From: an uncultured Bacteroidales bacterium
Lineage (GTDB): Bacteria > Bacteroidota > Bacteroidia > Bacteroidales > JAAYJT01
Assembly (NCBI GenBank): GCA_964550455.1
Contig: CAZJZG010000016.1
Span: forward strand, 4,960 to 68,959
Length of the DNA stretch: 64,000 nt
Direction: 5' to 3'
The notes beneath the pieces were generated by a model that searched no databases, was not told where the DNA came from, and was given only the letters and a program-made list of their open reading frames with translations. Shown piece by piece: positions 31,719 to 40,695 of the stretch (positions within the stretch are counted from its first letter, which is position 1; every line of letters starts with the position of its first letter). A program made the translations under genes and the position numbers.

Positions 31719-32906
31719 ATGCAGGAAATGACCGATTTAACTAAAGAACCTGAAAAGGTGGTTTTGGTTGGTTTGATTACAAACCAAAATGATGAGATAT
31801 ATATTGACGAATACCTTGATGAGCTTGCATTTTTAGCTGAAACTGCTGGTGGAATATCTGTTAAACGTTTCGTTCAACGAATTGACAGACCCGATCCAAG
31901 AACTTTTGTGGGTAGTGGCAAACTATTGGAAATAAGCGAGTTCGTTAAGGAAAACAATATTGACGTTGTAGTGTTCGACGATGAGCTCAGCCCTTCGCAG
32001 ATCAGAAATATTGAAAACGAACTGGAATGTAAGATACTGGATCGTAATAACCTTATACTCGACATTTTTGCCAGCCGTGCACGTACAGCACATGCACGCA
32101 CTCAGGTTGAACTGGCTCAATACGAATATCTGCTCCCGCGTCTTACAAGGATGTGGACTCATCTTGAAAAACAAAGAGGTGGTATTGGAATGCGAGGACC
32201 TGGTGAAAAAGAAATTGAAACTGACCGCCGTATAATCCGCGATAAAATCGCATTGTTGAAAAAACAGCTTAAAACCATTGATAAACAAATGGCTACCCAG
32301 CGCGGAAACCGTAGCTCAATGGTAAGAGTTGCATTAATAGGCTATACAAACGTTGGCAAATCCACTCTTATGAATGTCATAAGCAAATCGGATGTATTTG
32401 CTGAAGATAAACTATTTGCCACGCTTGATACGACTGTTCGGAAAATAGTAATAGGAAACCTGCCTTTCCTGCTTTCCGATACCGTTGGGTTCATACGAAA
32501 ACTTCCACATTTACTTATAGAGTCATTCAAATCAACACTGGATGAAGTGCGTGAATCTGATATTCTCCTGCATGTTGTTGATATTTCTCATCCTGGATTT
32601 GAAGAACAAATTGAAGTGGTAAACCAGACTCTGGCTGAAATAAAAGCCAATGACAAGCCTATTATAATAGTTTTCAACAAGATAGATGCGTATAGTAAAC
32701 CTGCTGATCTGGTGGATAATAATGAAACACAGGAAGAACAAAATATCGAAGCTTTAAAAAAGCTATGGATAGCAAAAAATAATCCGCCGGCTATATTTAT
32801 TTCTGCAACCCAAAAATCCAATCTCGATGAACTCAGGGATATTCTTTATTATAATGTAAAAGCCATACACTCAAAGAGATATCCTTACGATAATTTCCTG
32901 TATTAA
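31719..32906 (+). CDS. hflX: GTPase HflX
   Basis: HflX N-terminal domain, coiled-coil linker, and G-domain motifs GYTNVGKSTLMN, DTVGF and NKID. Confidence 0.92.
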   Translation: MQEMTDLTKEPEKVVLVGLITNQNDEIYIDEYLDELAFLAETAGGISVKRFVQRIDRPDPRTFVGSGKLLEISEFVKENNIDVVVFDDELSPSQIRNIENELECKILDRNNLILDIFASRARTAHARTQVELAQYEYLLPRLTRMWTHLEKQRGGIGMRGPGEKEIETDRRIIRDKIALLKKQLKTIDKQMATQRGNRSSMVRVALIGYTNVGKSTLMNVISKSDVFAEDKLFATLDTTVRKIVIGNLPFLLSDTVGFIRKLPHLLIESFKSTLDEVRESDILLHVVDISHPGFEEQIEVVNQTLAEIKANDKPIIIVFNKIDAYSKPADLVDNNETQEEQNIEALKKLWIAKNNPPAIFISATQKSNLDELRDILYYNVKAIHSKRYPYDNFLY

Positions 32907-32908
32907 AT

Positions 32909-33457
32909 TTATCTTTTAACACATCGCACCGAAAAACCATTACCGCTGAAACTTTTAATACGGGTAACGGAAAACATGGTACTCCCTATCAGGTAAACCC
33001 AGGCAGGTTCATTATCAGCGTATATCTTACTCCAGAAATAAGCATTCTGGTTCAAATAATTAAAATCTCCATGTTCGTAGCGCATTCCAGCCATTAAAGC
33101 ATTGAATCCGATACTTCCACTCTCTTTTAATAAAGCCGCTGCATCTTCCTGACCTATTTCTTCAATAAGACGATCCCAATCTTTTGCTGAAGAAAGGTAC
33201 CAGCCTGAAGGGCAAGCCTGTGCTGCGCCGGTATAAGAATAAAGTCGTCCGTATTTATCGCAATTGGCGGGATCATTATTATAACACCATGAAGCAGTGT
33301 TTTTATAATTTAAATTTTGAGCCATCCATTCATTTTTCCCGATTATCACAGTTTTATATGTTTTTCCATCACGATTATCAGTCATAGTGCTGAAAATCTG
33401 GGCTGGAAGCGAAGAAAAATATAAAATCGATAGGAAAATTAAAAATATTTTACGCAT
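32909..33457 (-). CDS. secreted protein with Fibrobacter-succinogenes-major-paralogous (TIGR02145-like) domain
   Basis: Signal MRKIFLIFLSILYFSSLPAQ, then DGKTYKTVIIGKNEWMAQNLNY...CDKYGRLYS...CPSGWYLSSAKDWDRL...FNALMAGMRY...YFWS...GFSVRCVK. The start was moved to ATG 33457, because a -7 box sits within the longer ORF. Confidence 0.75.
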   Translation of the reverse strand: MRKIFLIFLSILYFSSLPAQIFSTMTDNRDGKTYKTVIIGKNEWMAQNLNYKNTASWCYNNDPANCDKYGRLYSYTGAAQACPSGWYLSSAKDWDRLIEEIGQEDAAALLKESGSIGFNALMAGMRYEHGDFNYLNQNAYFWSKIYADNEPAWVYLIGSTMFSVTRIKSFSGNGFSVRCVKR

Positions 33458-33499
33458 GTGACGATCGCTTATGTAATGTTGATAGCTTAATGTAAAAGA

Positions 33500-33507
33500 C
33501 AAAAATA
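33500..33507 (-). promoter_or_regulatory. candidate -7 box (TATTTTTG) for the Fib_succ-domain gene
   Basis: Plus-strand CAAAAATA equals minus-strand TATTTTTG. It lies 42 nt upstream of the ATG at 33457. Confidence 0.3.
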
Positions 33508-33678
33508 ATAAATTTCGGCTTGATCTGATATTTGTTATGATAAGGATGGTAAGAGTTACAAATTATTTACTTATCATACATTACTGGTTAACAGATAATT
33601 AATAGTTATTTTAATTAATTTTTGTGTTTCTGCAAATAAGATGATGTTAAAGTTTATCCTTAGGAATTAAACTTTTTA

Positions 33679-33686
33679 TACTTTTG
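33679..33686 (+). promoter_or_regulatory. candidate -7 box (TACTTTTG) for the tRNA trio
   Basis: Exact TAnnTTTG match about 67 nt upstream of tRNA-Lys. A 7-bp hairpin cactgcc/ggcagtg (33706-33730) lies in the predicted leader. Confidence 0.35.
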
Positions 33687-33753
33687 CACTCCATTTTTTT
33701 AAAATCACTGCCACAGATTATCAGGCAGTGAAATCTTTGAAATAAAACAATGG

Positions 33754-33826
33754 CTCTCCGTAGCTCAGGTGGTAGAGCAGATGACTCTTAATCATCGGGT
33801 CGAAGGTTCGAGTCCTTCCGGGGAGA
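33754..33826 (+). tRNA. tRNA-Lys (anticodon CTT)
   Basis: Hand-folded cloverleaf: ctctccg|ta|gctc|aggtggta|gagc|a|gatga|ctCTTaa|tcatc|gggtc|gaagg|ttcgagt|ccttc|cggggag|a. CCA is not encoded. Confidence 0.9.
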
Positions 33827-33844
33827 CATTATCTTAAACAGGTT

Positions 33845-33918
33845 CGGGGTGTGGCGCAGTTGGCTAGCGCGCTACGTTCGGGACGTAGAGGTCGCGAGTT
33901 CGAGTCTCGCCACCCCGA
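33845..33918 (+). tRNA. tRNA-Pro (anticodon CGG)
   Basis: Hand-folded cloverleaf: cggggtg|tg|gcgc|agttggcta|gcgc|g|ctacg|ttCGGga|cgtag|aggtc|gcgag|ttcgagt|ctcgc|caccccg|a. Confidence 0.9.
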
Positions 33919-33927
33919 CTTTTTCCA

Positions 33928-34000
33928 GCCACTTTAGCTCAGTTGGTAGAGCAGCGCATTCGTAATGCGCGGGTCGTGGGTTCGAGTCCCATGAGTGGCT
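33928..34000 (+). tRNA. tRNA-Thr (anticodon CGT)
   Basis: Hand-folded cloverleaf: gccactt|ta|gctc|agttggta|gagc|a|gcgca|ttCGTaa|tgcgc|gggtc|gtggg|ttcgagt|cccat|gagtggc|t. Confidence 0.9.
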
Positions 34001-34232
34001 CGTATTCAGTGAATTACTATAAATCAACTGTTAAAAAAACAACCTGAGTTTTTTAAAAATACAAGTATTTTTATTTCTTATCAATATCCATCTTATCCAA
34101 TCAATTCTAATCCATTTTCATTGCTGAGGTATTCCTTCATTGTTAATATGTTTATTAATGACTCAAGATGAATTAACAGGTTGGAATAATTACTTTATTT
34201 AAGTCCCTCATTGCCATCACACTAGAAAAACA

Positions 34233-34240
34233 TAACTTTG
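34233..34240 (+). promoter_or_regulatory. candidate -7 box (TAACTTTG) for the aminotransferase/amidase pair
   Basis: Exact TAnnTTTG match 21 nt upstream of the ATG at 34262. The TTG start proposed by the ORF track (34238) is part of this box. Confidence 0.35.
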
Positions 34241-34261
34241 CGCCTCGAAAATTTCAAAATC

Positions 34262-35419
34262 ATGGATAATCATCAGTGGCAATTACTATCAAAATTACCT
34301 AATGTTGGGAATTCAATCTTTGCGGTAATGACCCAATTGGCAAATGAAAACAATGCTATAAATCTATCGCAGGGATTCCCTGATTTTCCAATTTCAGAAA
34401 AGCTTATTTCGCTAGTTAACAAATACATGAATATGGGGTATAACCAATATTCGCCCATGCCGGGTGTATTGAAACTGCGTGAAGTTATTTCTGAAATAGT
34501 TAATAAAACTTACTCAGCACATTACGATCCGGTTACTGAAATAACAATTACTGCCGGTGCAACACAGGCTATCTATACCATTATTTCGGCAATTGTAAGG
34601 GCTGATGATGAAGTAATAATTTTTGAACCTGCTTACGATTCTTATGCACCTGCGGTAAAAGTAAACGGTGGTCTGGTGAAATATGCCACTTTGAAGCAGC
34701 CGGATTTCAGCATTGACTGGGAAAAATTCCCGGCTCTGATATCAAGCCGTACACGAATGATTATTATCAACTCACCTCATAATCCATCCGGTACAGTACT
34801 GAGACACAACGATATAAACCAGTTAATAAGGATTACTCGAAACCGTGATATCCTTATTTTAAGTGATGAGGTTTACGAACACCTTATTTTTGACGGGCTG
34901 AAGCATGAAAGTTTGTGTCGCTATCCTGAACTGGCTTCAAAAAGCTTTGTTGTAGGTTCATTTGGTAAAACATTTCATGCTACCGGATGGAAAACGGGTT
35001 TTGTACTTGCTCCGGCAAATCTTACCGCTGAACTTAGAAAAATTCATCAGTTCCTTGTATTTTCTGCAAACACACCAATTCAATATGCTTTTGCTGAATT
35101 TCTTGAAGATGAAGCTAATTACATACATCTGCCGGATTTTTATCAGAAAAAGCGGGATACTTTTCTGAAACTGATAAAAAAATCAAGGTTCAAACCTCTG
35201 AAATGCAGCGGAACTTATTTCTTAACACTTGATTATGGCGACATTTCTGACGAAAATGAAATGGATTTTGCGGTAAGACTTACACGTGAACATAAAATAG
35301 CATCAATACCTTTTTCTGCTTTCTATAATAAAAACAACAATAATAATCTCCTGCGTTTTTGTTTTGCAAAAACCGATGAAACTCTTGAAAAAGCTGCTAA
35401 AATACTATGCAAGATTTAA
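34262..35419 (+). CDS. class I/II pyridoxal-phosphate aminotransferase (methionine/glutamine transaminase, YbdL-like)
   Basis: INLSQGFPDF, INSPHNPSG, and the PLP-lysine block GSFGKTFHATGWKTG. It overlaps the downstream omega-amidase gene by 13 nt. Confidence 0.8.
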   Translation: MDNHQWQLLSKLPNVGNSIFAVMTQLANENNAINLSQGFPDFPISEKLISLVNKYMNMGYNQYSPMPGVLKLREVISEIVNKTYSAHYDPVTEITITAGATQAIYTIISAIVRADDEVIIFEPAYDSYAPAVKVNGGLVKYATLKQPDFSIDWEKFPALISSRTRMIIINSPHNPSGTVLRHNDINQLIRITRNRDILILSDEVYEHLIFDGLKHESLCRYPELASKSFVVGSFGKTFHATGWKTGFVLAPANLTAELRKIHQFLVFSANTPIQYAFAEFLEDEANYIHLPDFYQKKRDTFLKLIKKSRFKPLKCSGTYFLTLDYGDISDENEMDFAVRLTREHKIASIPFSAFYNKNNNNNLLRFCFAKTDETLEKAAKILCKI

Positions 35420-36198
35420 AAGTTACACTTATTCAGTCCGATCTGGCCTGGCACAATCCTGAAAAAAACTTAGCTCATTTTGAACATTTGATTGACAGTA
35501 TCAATGAACCCTCTGATCTGATCGTTTTACCTGAAATGTTTACAACGGGCTTTACCATGCACCCACACGATGTGGCTGAAAAGCTTAATGGAAGAACACC
35601 TGAATGGATGCTGGAAATGGCAGTGAAGAAAAACAGTGTTGTTGCCGGAAGCTATATTGCAGAAGATAATGGAAAGTTCATAAACCGTTTGGTTGTTATG
35701 TATCCTGATGGAAGTAATTATCACTACGATAAAAGACATCTTTTCAGGATGGCAGAAGAAAACAAATACTTCACACCAGGAAGCAAACATTTGATATTCA
35801 ATGTAAAAGGCTGGAAAATAAGTGCTTTCATATGTTACGATCTGCGATTCCCGGTTTGGAGCCGCAATACCTATAACAATGGTAAATTTGCTTATGATTG
35901 CATGATTAATGTTGCAAGCTGGCCTGAAGTACGTAATTACATTTGGCAGGCTTTACTCATTGCACGGGCTATTGAAAACCAATCTTATGTTGTTGGTGTG
36001 AACCGTATTGGTTCTGACGGAAACGGAATACCTCACAGCGGTGATTCAATGGTTATTGACCCGCTGGGAAAACCTTTGAAACAGCTTGAACCGCATAAGG
36101 AATTAGTTGAAACTCTTACAATTTCTGCTGAAAAGCTTGTTAATTTTAGAAACAAGGTAAACTATGGCTTAGATTGGGAAAAGTTTAAGATTTTATAA
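35407..36198 (+). CDS. nitrilase-superfamily C-N hydrolase (omega-amidase, YafV-like)
   Basis: The Glu-Lys-Cys triad context is present: LPEMFTTGF, HYDKRHLF and FICYDLRFP. 263 aa. Confidence 0.8.
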   Translation: MQDLKVTLIQSDLAWHNPEKNLAHFEHLIDSINEPSDLIVLPEMFTTGFTMHPHDVAEKLNGRTPEWMLEMAVKKNSVVAGSYIAEDNGKFINRLVVMYPDGSNYHYDKRHLFRMAEENKYFTPGSKHLIFNVKGWKISAFICYDLRFPVWSRNTYNNGKFAYDCMINVASWPEVRNYIWQALLIARAIENQSYVVGVNRIGSDGNGIPHSGDSMVIDPLGKPLKQLEPHKELVETLTISAEKLVNFRNKVNYGLDWEKFKIL

Positions 36199-36241
36199 TC
36201 TAAATACCTGGCAAAACTCTGTCATAAATAATTTCAGAAAA

Positions 36242-36736
36242 ATGAATGGAGATCCAAATCTGTACCGTATTCTTAAAGAATTAAACATTGAATTTGATTA
36301 TTATGAGCATCCTCCAGCTCCTACAGTTGAAATAGCTGCTGTTTACTGGAAAGATCTTAAAGCGACACATTGTAAAAACCTGTTTTTTCGCAACCATAAA
36401 GGTAACAGGCATTATCTGGTCATTCTTGAATATTCAAATTCACTTGCCATACGTGATCTGGAAATAAGCCTGAAACAAGGAAAGCTGACTTTTGCTTCAC
36501 CAAAACGTTTAATGAAATATCTGGGTGTTACACCGGGTTCTGTAACTCCATTCGGACTGATAAACGATGCTGAACACCATGTTCATTTATTTCTTGACGA
36601 AAACCTTCAGAATTCTTCAACTATCAGTTTTCATCCATGTATAAATACAGCTTCTCTTATAATAAAATACAGCGATTTCATAAAATTTCTCGCATATACA
36701 GGCAATACTTACGAGTACGTTAAACTATATAGTTAA
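36242..36736 (+). CDS. YbaK/ProX-like aminoacyl-tRNA deacylase domain protein
   Basis: 164 aa with THCKNLFFRN (conserved Lys block), GVTPGSVTPFG and SFHPC. This is the pattern of prolyl-tRNA-synthetase-associated editing domains. Confidence 0.7.
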   Translation: MNGDPNLYRILKELNIEFDYYEHPPAPTVEIAAVYWKDLKATHCKNLFFRNHKGNRHYLVILEYSNSLAIRDLEISLKQGKLTFASPKRLMKYLGVTPGSVTPFGLINDAEHHVHLFLDENLQNSSTISFHPCINTASLIIKYSDFIKFLAYTGNTYEYVKLYS

Positions 36737-36928
36737 AAATCACGTTTCCATAGCAGGATTGCAATTTTTCAAAAAATCGGGGCAAACTATATTTAAAAAA
36801 TATTATCTATCCTGAAGCCGGTTTAAAAAAGTCCTGTATTGAAATTAACGAATTCGGAAAATATATTTTTCTTATACCAAAATTTGATTTTAATCATCAA
36901 AGATTGGTTAAAATCGTTTAGTGGGCGC

Positions 36929-36936
36929 TATCTTTG
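36929..36936 (+). promoter_or_regulatory. candidate -7 box (TATCTTTG) for pdxA
   Basis: Exact TAnnTTTG match 40 nt upstream of the ATG at 36977. The same octamer occurs at the rpsL and 42419 candidates. Confidence 0.35.
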
Positions 36937-36976
36937 CAATTCAATAATGTGTTAATATTTTTATCTTTAAGGTATT

Positions 36977-38062
36977 ATGAATAAATTTCTCGATGAAGAT
37001 TTCAGAATAAAAGCGGGTATTACCTGTGGCGATCTCAATGGAATAGGTTATGAAATAATTATTAAAACTCTGTCGGATAGCCGGATAAATGAGTTGTTCA
37101 CTCCTATAGTTTACGGTTCTTCAAAAGCAGCTTCTTACCATCGTAAAACAGTTAATATCAACGATTTTAATTTTAATATTATCCGTAAAGCTGATCAGGC
37201 AAATTCAAAGAAACCCAATTTGGTCAACATTAAGGATGAAGAAATAAAAATAGAGCTTGGTATTGCTACACCTGAATCCGGTGCATTGGCATTTCAATCG
37301 CTTGAAGCAGCAGTTGAAGACCTTAAGCGCAATCAGATCAATGTTTTAGTGACCGCACCAATCAATAAATATGCTATAAAACAGGCAGGATTTAATTTCC
37401 CCGGGCACACGGAATATCTGGCAACTCATTTTGAAAGTAAAAATTACCTTATGCTCATGATAAGTAAGAATTTGCGTGTGGGAATTGTTACCGGCCATAT
37501 TCCATTGCGTCAGGTAGCTGAAAAACTGACAAAACAACTGGTAATGGCTAAAGCCAAAACTCTTCATGATTCCCTGGTTCGTGATTTCAATATCGGTAAA
37601 CCCAGAATTGCCGTATTGGGACTTAATCCACACTCAGGAGAAGGCGGTCTGATAGGAGAAGAAGAACAAACCATGATAATTCCGGTAATCAAAGAATTAA
37701 GCAATCAGGGAATGTTGATCTTTGGTCCGTTTCCTGCCGATGGATTTTTTGGTTCATCTGCCTATAAAGATTTTGATGCTGTTCTTGCCATGTATCATGA
37801 TCAGGGAATGCTTCCATTCAAGAGCCTGTCATTTGATACCGGCGTGAATTATACTGCAGGTTTACCAATTGTAAGAACCTCGCCCGCCCATGGAACAGCA
37901 TATGAAATAGCAGGAAAAAATCAGGCATCGCCCGATTCGTTCAGAGAAGCCATTTATCTTGCCTGCGATATCTTTAGAAACAGAATGATATACGAAGAAG
38001 TGACAAGTAACCCATTGATCCCATTTGCAACTGAAGATTCAAACGAAACACCTGAAACCTGA
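36977..38062 (+). CDS. pdxA: 4-hydroxythreonine-4-phosphate dehydrogenase
   Basis: TCGDLNGIGYEI, VTAPINK, PGHTEYLA, GLNPHSGEGG, AMYHDQG and RTSPAHGTA are PdxA family blocks. Confidence 0.92.
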   Translation: MNKFLDEDFRIKAGITCGDLNGIGYEIIIKTLSDSRINELFTPIVYGSSKAASYHRKTVNINDFNFNIIRKADQANSKKPNLVNIKDEEIKIELGIATPESGALAFQSLEAAVEDLKRNQINVLVTAPINKYAIKQAGFNFPGHTEYLATHFESKNYLMLMISKNLRVGIVTGHIPLRQVAEKLTKQLVMAKAKTLHDSLVRDFNIGKPRIAVLGLNPHSGEGGLIGEEEQTMIIPVIKELSNQGMLIFGPFPADGFFGSSAYKDFDAVLAMYHDQGMLPFKSLSFDTGVNYTAGLPIVRTSPAHGTAYEIAGKNQASPDSFREAIYLACDIFRNRMIYEEVTSNPLIPFATEDSNETPET

Positions 38063-38131
38063 TCTTAGGGTTTGAAATGTCAACAGTACAAACATCAAAC
38101 ATAATTATTCGATAACACATTGTGTCTCTGA

Positions 38132-40618
38132 ATGTTGGATCAAAGATATACAGCCCGGTCAATTGCAAGAACATTAAATGCTAAACTCATTGAAGGAAAT
38201 AATCCTGATACCGGAATTTATCATTTGATAGTTGACAGCCGTAAACCTGTTTCAATTCAGAACGATTTGTTTTTTTCACTCGTAACCCGGCGCAATGATG
38301 GGCATCGCTACATTCAGGAACTTATTGACAAGGGATTACGAAACTTTGTTATAAGTAATTTTGACCCGGCCTGGTCAAAAAGTAATGCATCATTCATTAT
38401 TGTTGATGATACTTTTGAGGCACTCAGGCATCTAACTGAATGGCACAGGCAGCAATTCAATTTTCCTGTCATAGGAATTACCGGCAGTAATGGAAAAACC
38501 ATAATCAAAGAATGGTTGTCGCAACTTATTGGTTCGGACAAACATGTGGTTCGAAGCCCAAAAAGTTATAATTCACAGATCGGTGTACCACTATCTGTCT
38601 GGAAAATTGAATCAATACATGATCTGGGAATTTTTGAAGCCGGAATATCAATGCCTGGTGAAATGGAAAACCTCGAAAATATCATTAAACCAACTCTGGG
38701 TATTTTTGCGAACCTTGGCGCAGCTCATGATGAAAACTTTGAGGATTCAACCCAAAAAGCCAGAGAAAAAATAAAGCTGTTCAGAAATTGTAAAGAACTT
38801 ATCTGTTGCGCTGACCACAGGGAGATCATAAATGTTTACAATCAGCTTGAATGGCCAGAGAAACCAAAATTAATTTCATGGGGGCGATATTCAAAAGCTG
38901 ATCTTAAGATCACGAAATGCGAAAAACATACGGAAAGCACCATTATAAAAGCAGTTTTTAAGAAGAAAAACATCAGTATTGAGGTACCTTTCACTGACGA
39001 GGCTTCACTTGAAAACATCATTCATTGCTGGTTAACCCTGCTTCATCTGGGATATAAAAATGAACTTATCGCTGCACGTATGCTTATGCTGCATACTGTA
39101 GCAATGCGCCTAACACTAAAGGAAGGAATTAATAACTGCTCATTGATTGATGACAGCTACAGTTCCGACCTTTCATCACTTGCAATAGCACTTGATTTTT
39201 TACAACAGCAGAATCAGCACCGCCATAAAACCATAATCCTGTCTGACATATTGCAAAGTGGTCGCAACGAAGAGGATCTATACCTGGAAATAGGGAATCT
39301 GATCAAAAACAAAGATATTGATCGTTTTATAGGAGTTGGAGCTGCATTGCAACGCCAGAAAATCAATTTCCCCAAAGATTCGGTGTTCTATCTGTCAACT
39401 GATGAACTTATAAAAGCATTGCCATCACTAAATTTAATCAACGAGAGTATTCTTGTGAAAGGAGCGCGCGTATTTGGGTTCGAAAAAATAATTGCGTTCC
39501 TGCAGCAGAAAAATCATGAAACCGTTTTAGAAGTCAATCTTGATGCACTGGTCCATAATCTGAACTTCTACCGAAGTAAAATTAAGCCCGGTGTTAAGCT
39601 TATGACTATGGTAAAAGCTTTTTCGTATGGTAGCGGAAGTTTTGAAATTGCCAATGCGTTACAGTTCCATCATGTTGATTATCTGGCAGTTGCTTATGCC
39701 GACGAAGGTGTTGAACTACGAAAAGCAGGTATCAGGCTCCCAGTTATGGTGATGAATCCTGAAGAACAGGGTTATGAGGGCATTTTTAAATATGATCTTG
39801 AACCCGAAATTTACAATCTGCGTACTTTAAGTTTACTGGAACAGGCAGCAAAACAATATTCCGGACATAATCAGGAGGTTCTTAAAATTCATATTAAGCT
39901 TGATACAGGTATGAACCGGCTTGGTTTTGATGAAAACGACCTGCCTGCATTACTTACACGATTAAAGGGATCACGTTTTAAAATTGCTTCGGTATTTTCG
40001 CATCTTGCAGCCAGCGATGATCCAAACCATGATAAATTTACATATGAGCAGATAAATGCTTTCAGCAGAATGACTGAGGAGCTGGAACATAAGCTGGGTT
40101 ATGGTTTTCTGAAACACATCCTGAACACAGCAGGAATAAGTCGTTTTCCTGAAGCACAATATGATATGGTCAGACTTGGAATTGGTCTTTACGGGATCAG
40201 TAATCTTGCTGATGAACAGCCTTTACTGCAGAGTGTCAGTACCCTGAAAAGCAAAATATCACAGATTAAAAATATTCCGGCAGGTTCTACAATTGGTTAT
40301 AATCGCGAATTCAAAGCTGAAAAAAACATACGTATTGCAATTGTACCTGTAGGATATGCCGATGGACTTAAACGAAGCCTCAGCAATGGGAAGTACAGTT
40401 TGCTTGTAAATGGAAAACCCGCACCTATAACAGGAAATATCTGCATGGATATGTGTATGGTTGATATTACCGAAATCAAAGCTGAAGAAGGTGATGAGGT
40501 GATCATTTTTTCACCATCTTATCCCATTAATCAATTGGCTCAGGCTATGCAAACCATTCCCTACGAAGTACTTACAGGAATTTCGCAAAGAGTGAAACGG
40601 GTTTATTATCAGGAATAA
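38132..40618 (+). CDS. murF: bifunctional UDP-MurNAc-tripeptide--D-Ala-D-Ala ligase (MurF) / alanine racemase (Alr) fusion
   Basis: 828 aa. The N-terminal half is Mur ligase (P-loop GITGSNGKTIIKEW, then DDSYSSD). The C-terminal half is alanine racemase (PLP-Lys MVKAFSYGSG, then VRLGIGLYG and GYADG). Confidence 0.9.
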   Translation: MLDQRYTARSIARTLNAKLIEGNNPDTGIYHLIVDSRKPVSIQNDLFFSLVTRRNDGHRYIQELIDKGLRNFVISNFDPAWSKSNASFIIVDDTFEALRHLTEWHRQQFNFPVIGITGSNGKTIIKEWLSQLIGSDKHVVRSPKSYNSQIGVPLSVWKIESIHDLGIFEAGISMPGEMENLENIIKPTLGIFANLGAAHDENFEDSTQKAREKIKLFRNCKELICCADHREIINVYNQLEWPEKPKLISWGRYSKADLKITKCEKHTESTIIKAVFKKKNISIEVPFTDEASLENIIHCWLTLLHLGYKNELIAARMLMLHTVAMRLTLKEGINNCSLIDDSYSSDLSSLAIALDFLQQQNQHRHKTIILSDILQSGRNEEDLYLEIGNLIKNKDIDRFIGVGAALQRQKINFPKDSVFYLSTDELIKALPSLNLINESILVKGARVFGFEKIIAFLQQKNHETVLEVNLDALVHNLNFYRSKIKPGVKLMTMVKAFSYGSGSFEIANALQFHHVDYLAVAYADEGVELRKAGIRLPVMVMNPEEQGYEGIFKYDLEPEIYNLRTLSLLEQAAKQYSGHNQEVLKIHIKLDTGMNRLGFDENDLPALLTRLKGSRFKIASVFSHLAASDDPNHDKFTYEQINAFSRMTEELEHKLGYGFLKHILNTAGISRFPEAQYDMVRLGIGLYGISNLADEQPLLQSVSTLKSKISQIKNIPAGSTIGYNREFKAEKNIRIAIVPVGYADGLKRSLSNGKYSLLVNGKPAPITGNICMDMCMVDITEIKAEEGDEVIIFSPSYPINQLAQAMQTIPYEVLTGISQRVKRVYYQE

Positions 40619-40695
40619 GCGGACAAAATCTAACAATAAACCATTAATAAAAAGCTTTTATAATTCTGAGGGTTCGAACCAAATCAGAAACCTCC

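Noticed and set aside
33458-33502. 15-codon extension of the Fib_succ-domain ORF
   Set aside because: The internal ATG at 33457 gives a proper signal peptide, and a -7 box (33507-33500) overlaps the extension.
33754-34000. tRNA cluster as an integration hotspot or genomic-island border
   Set aside because: No integrase, excisionase or transposase gene is present. No direct repeat of a tRNA 3' end is seen downstream, and the flanking genes are ordinary metabolic genes.
33996-34075. Possible terminator after tRNA-Thr (aaaaaac/gtttttt stem)
   Set aside because: The stem consists almost entirely of A-T pairs and would be very weak. It is not convincing as an intrinsic terminator.
34238-34261. 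TTG start for the aminotransferase
   Set aside because: The TTG is part of the -7 box TAACTTTG (34233-34240). The ATG at 34262 is preferred.
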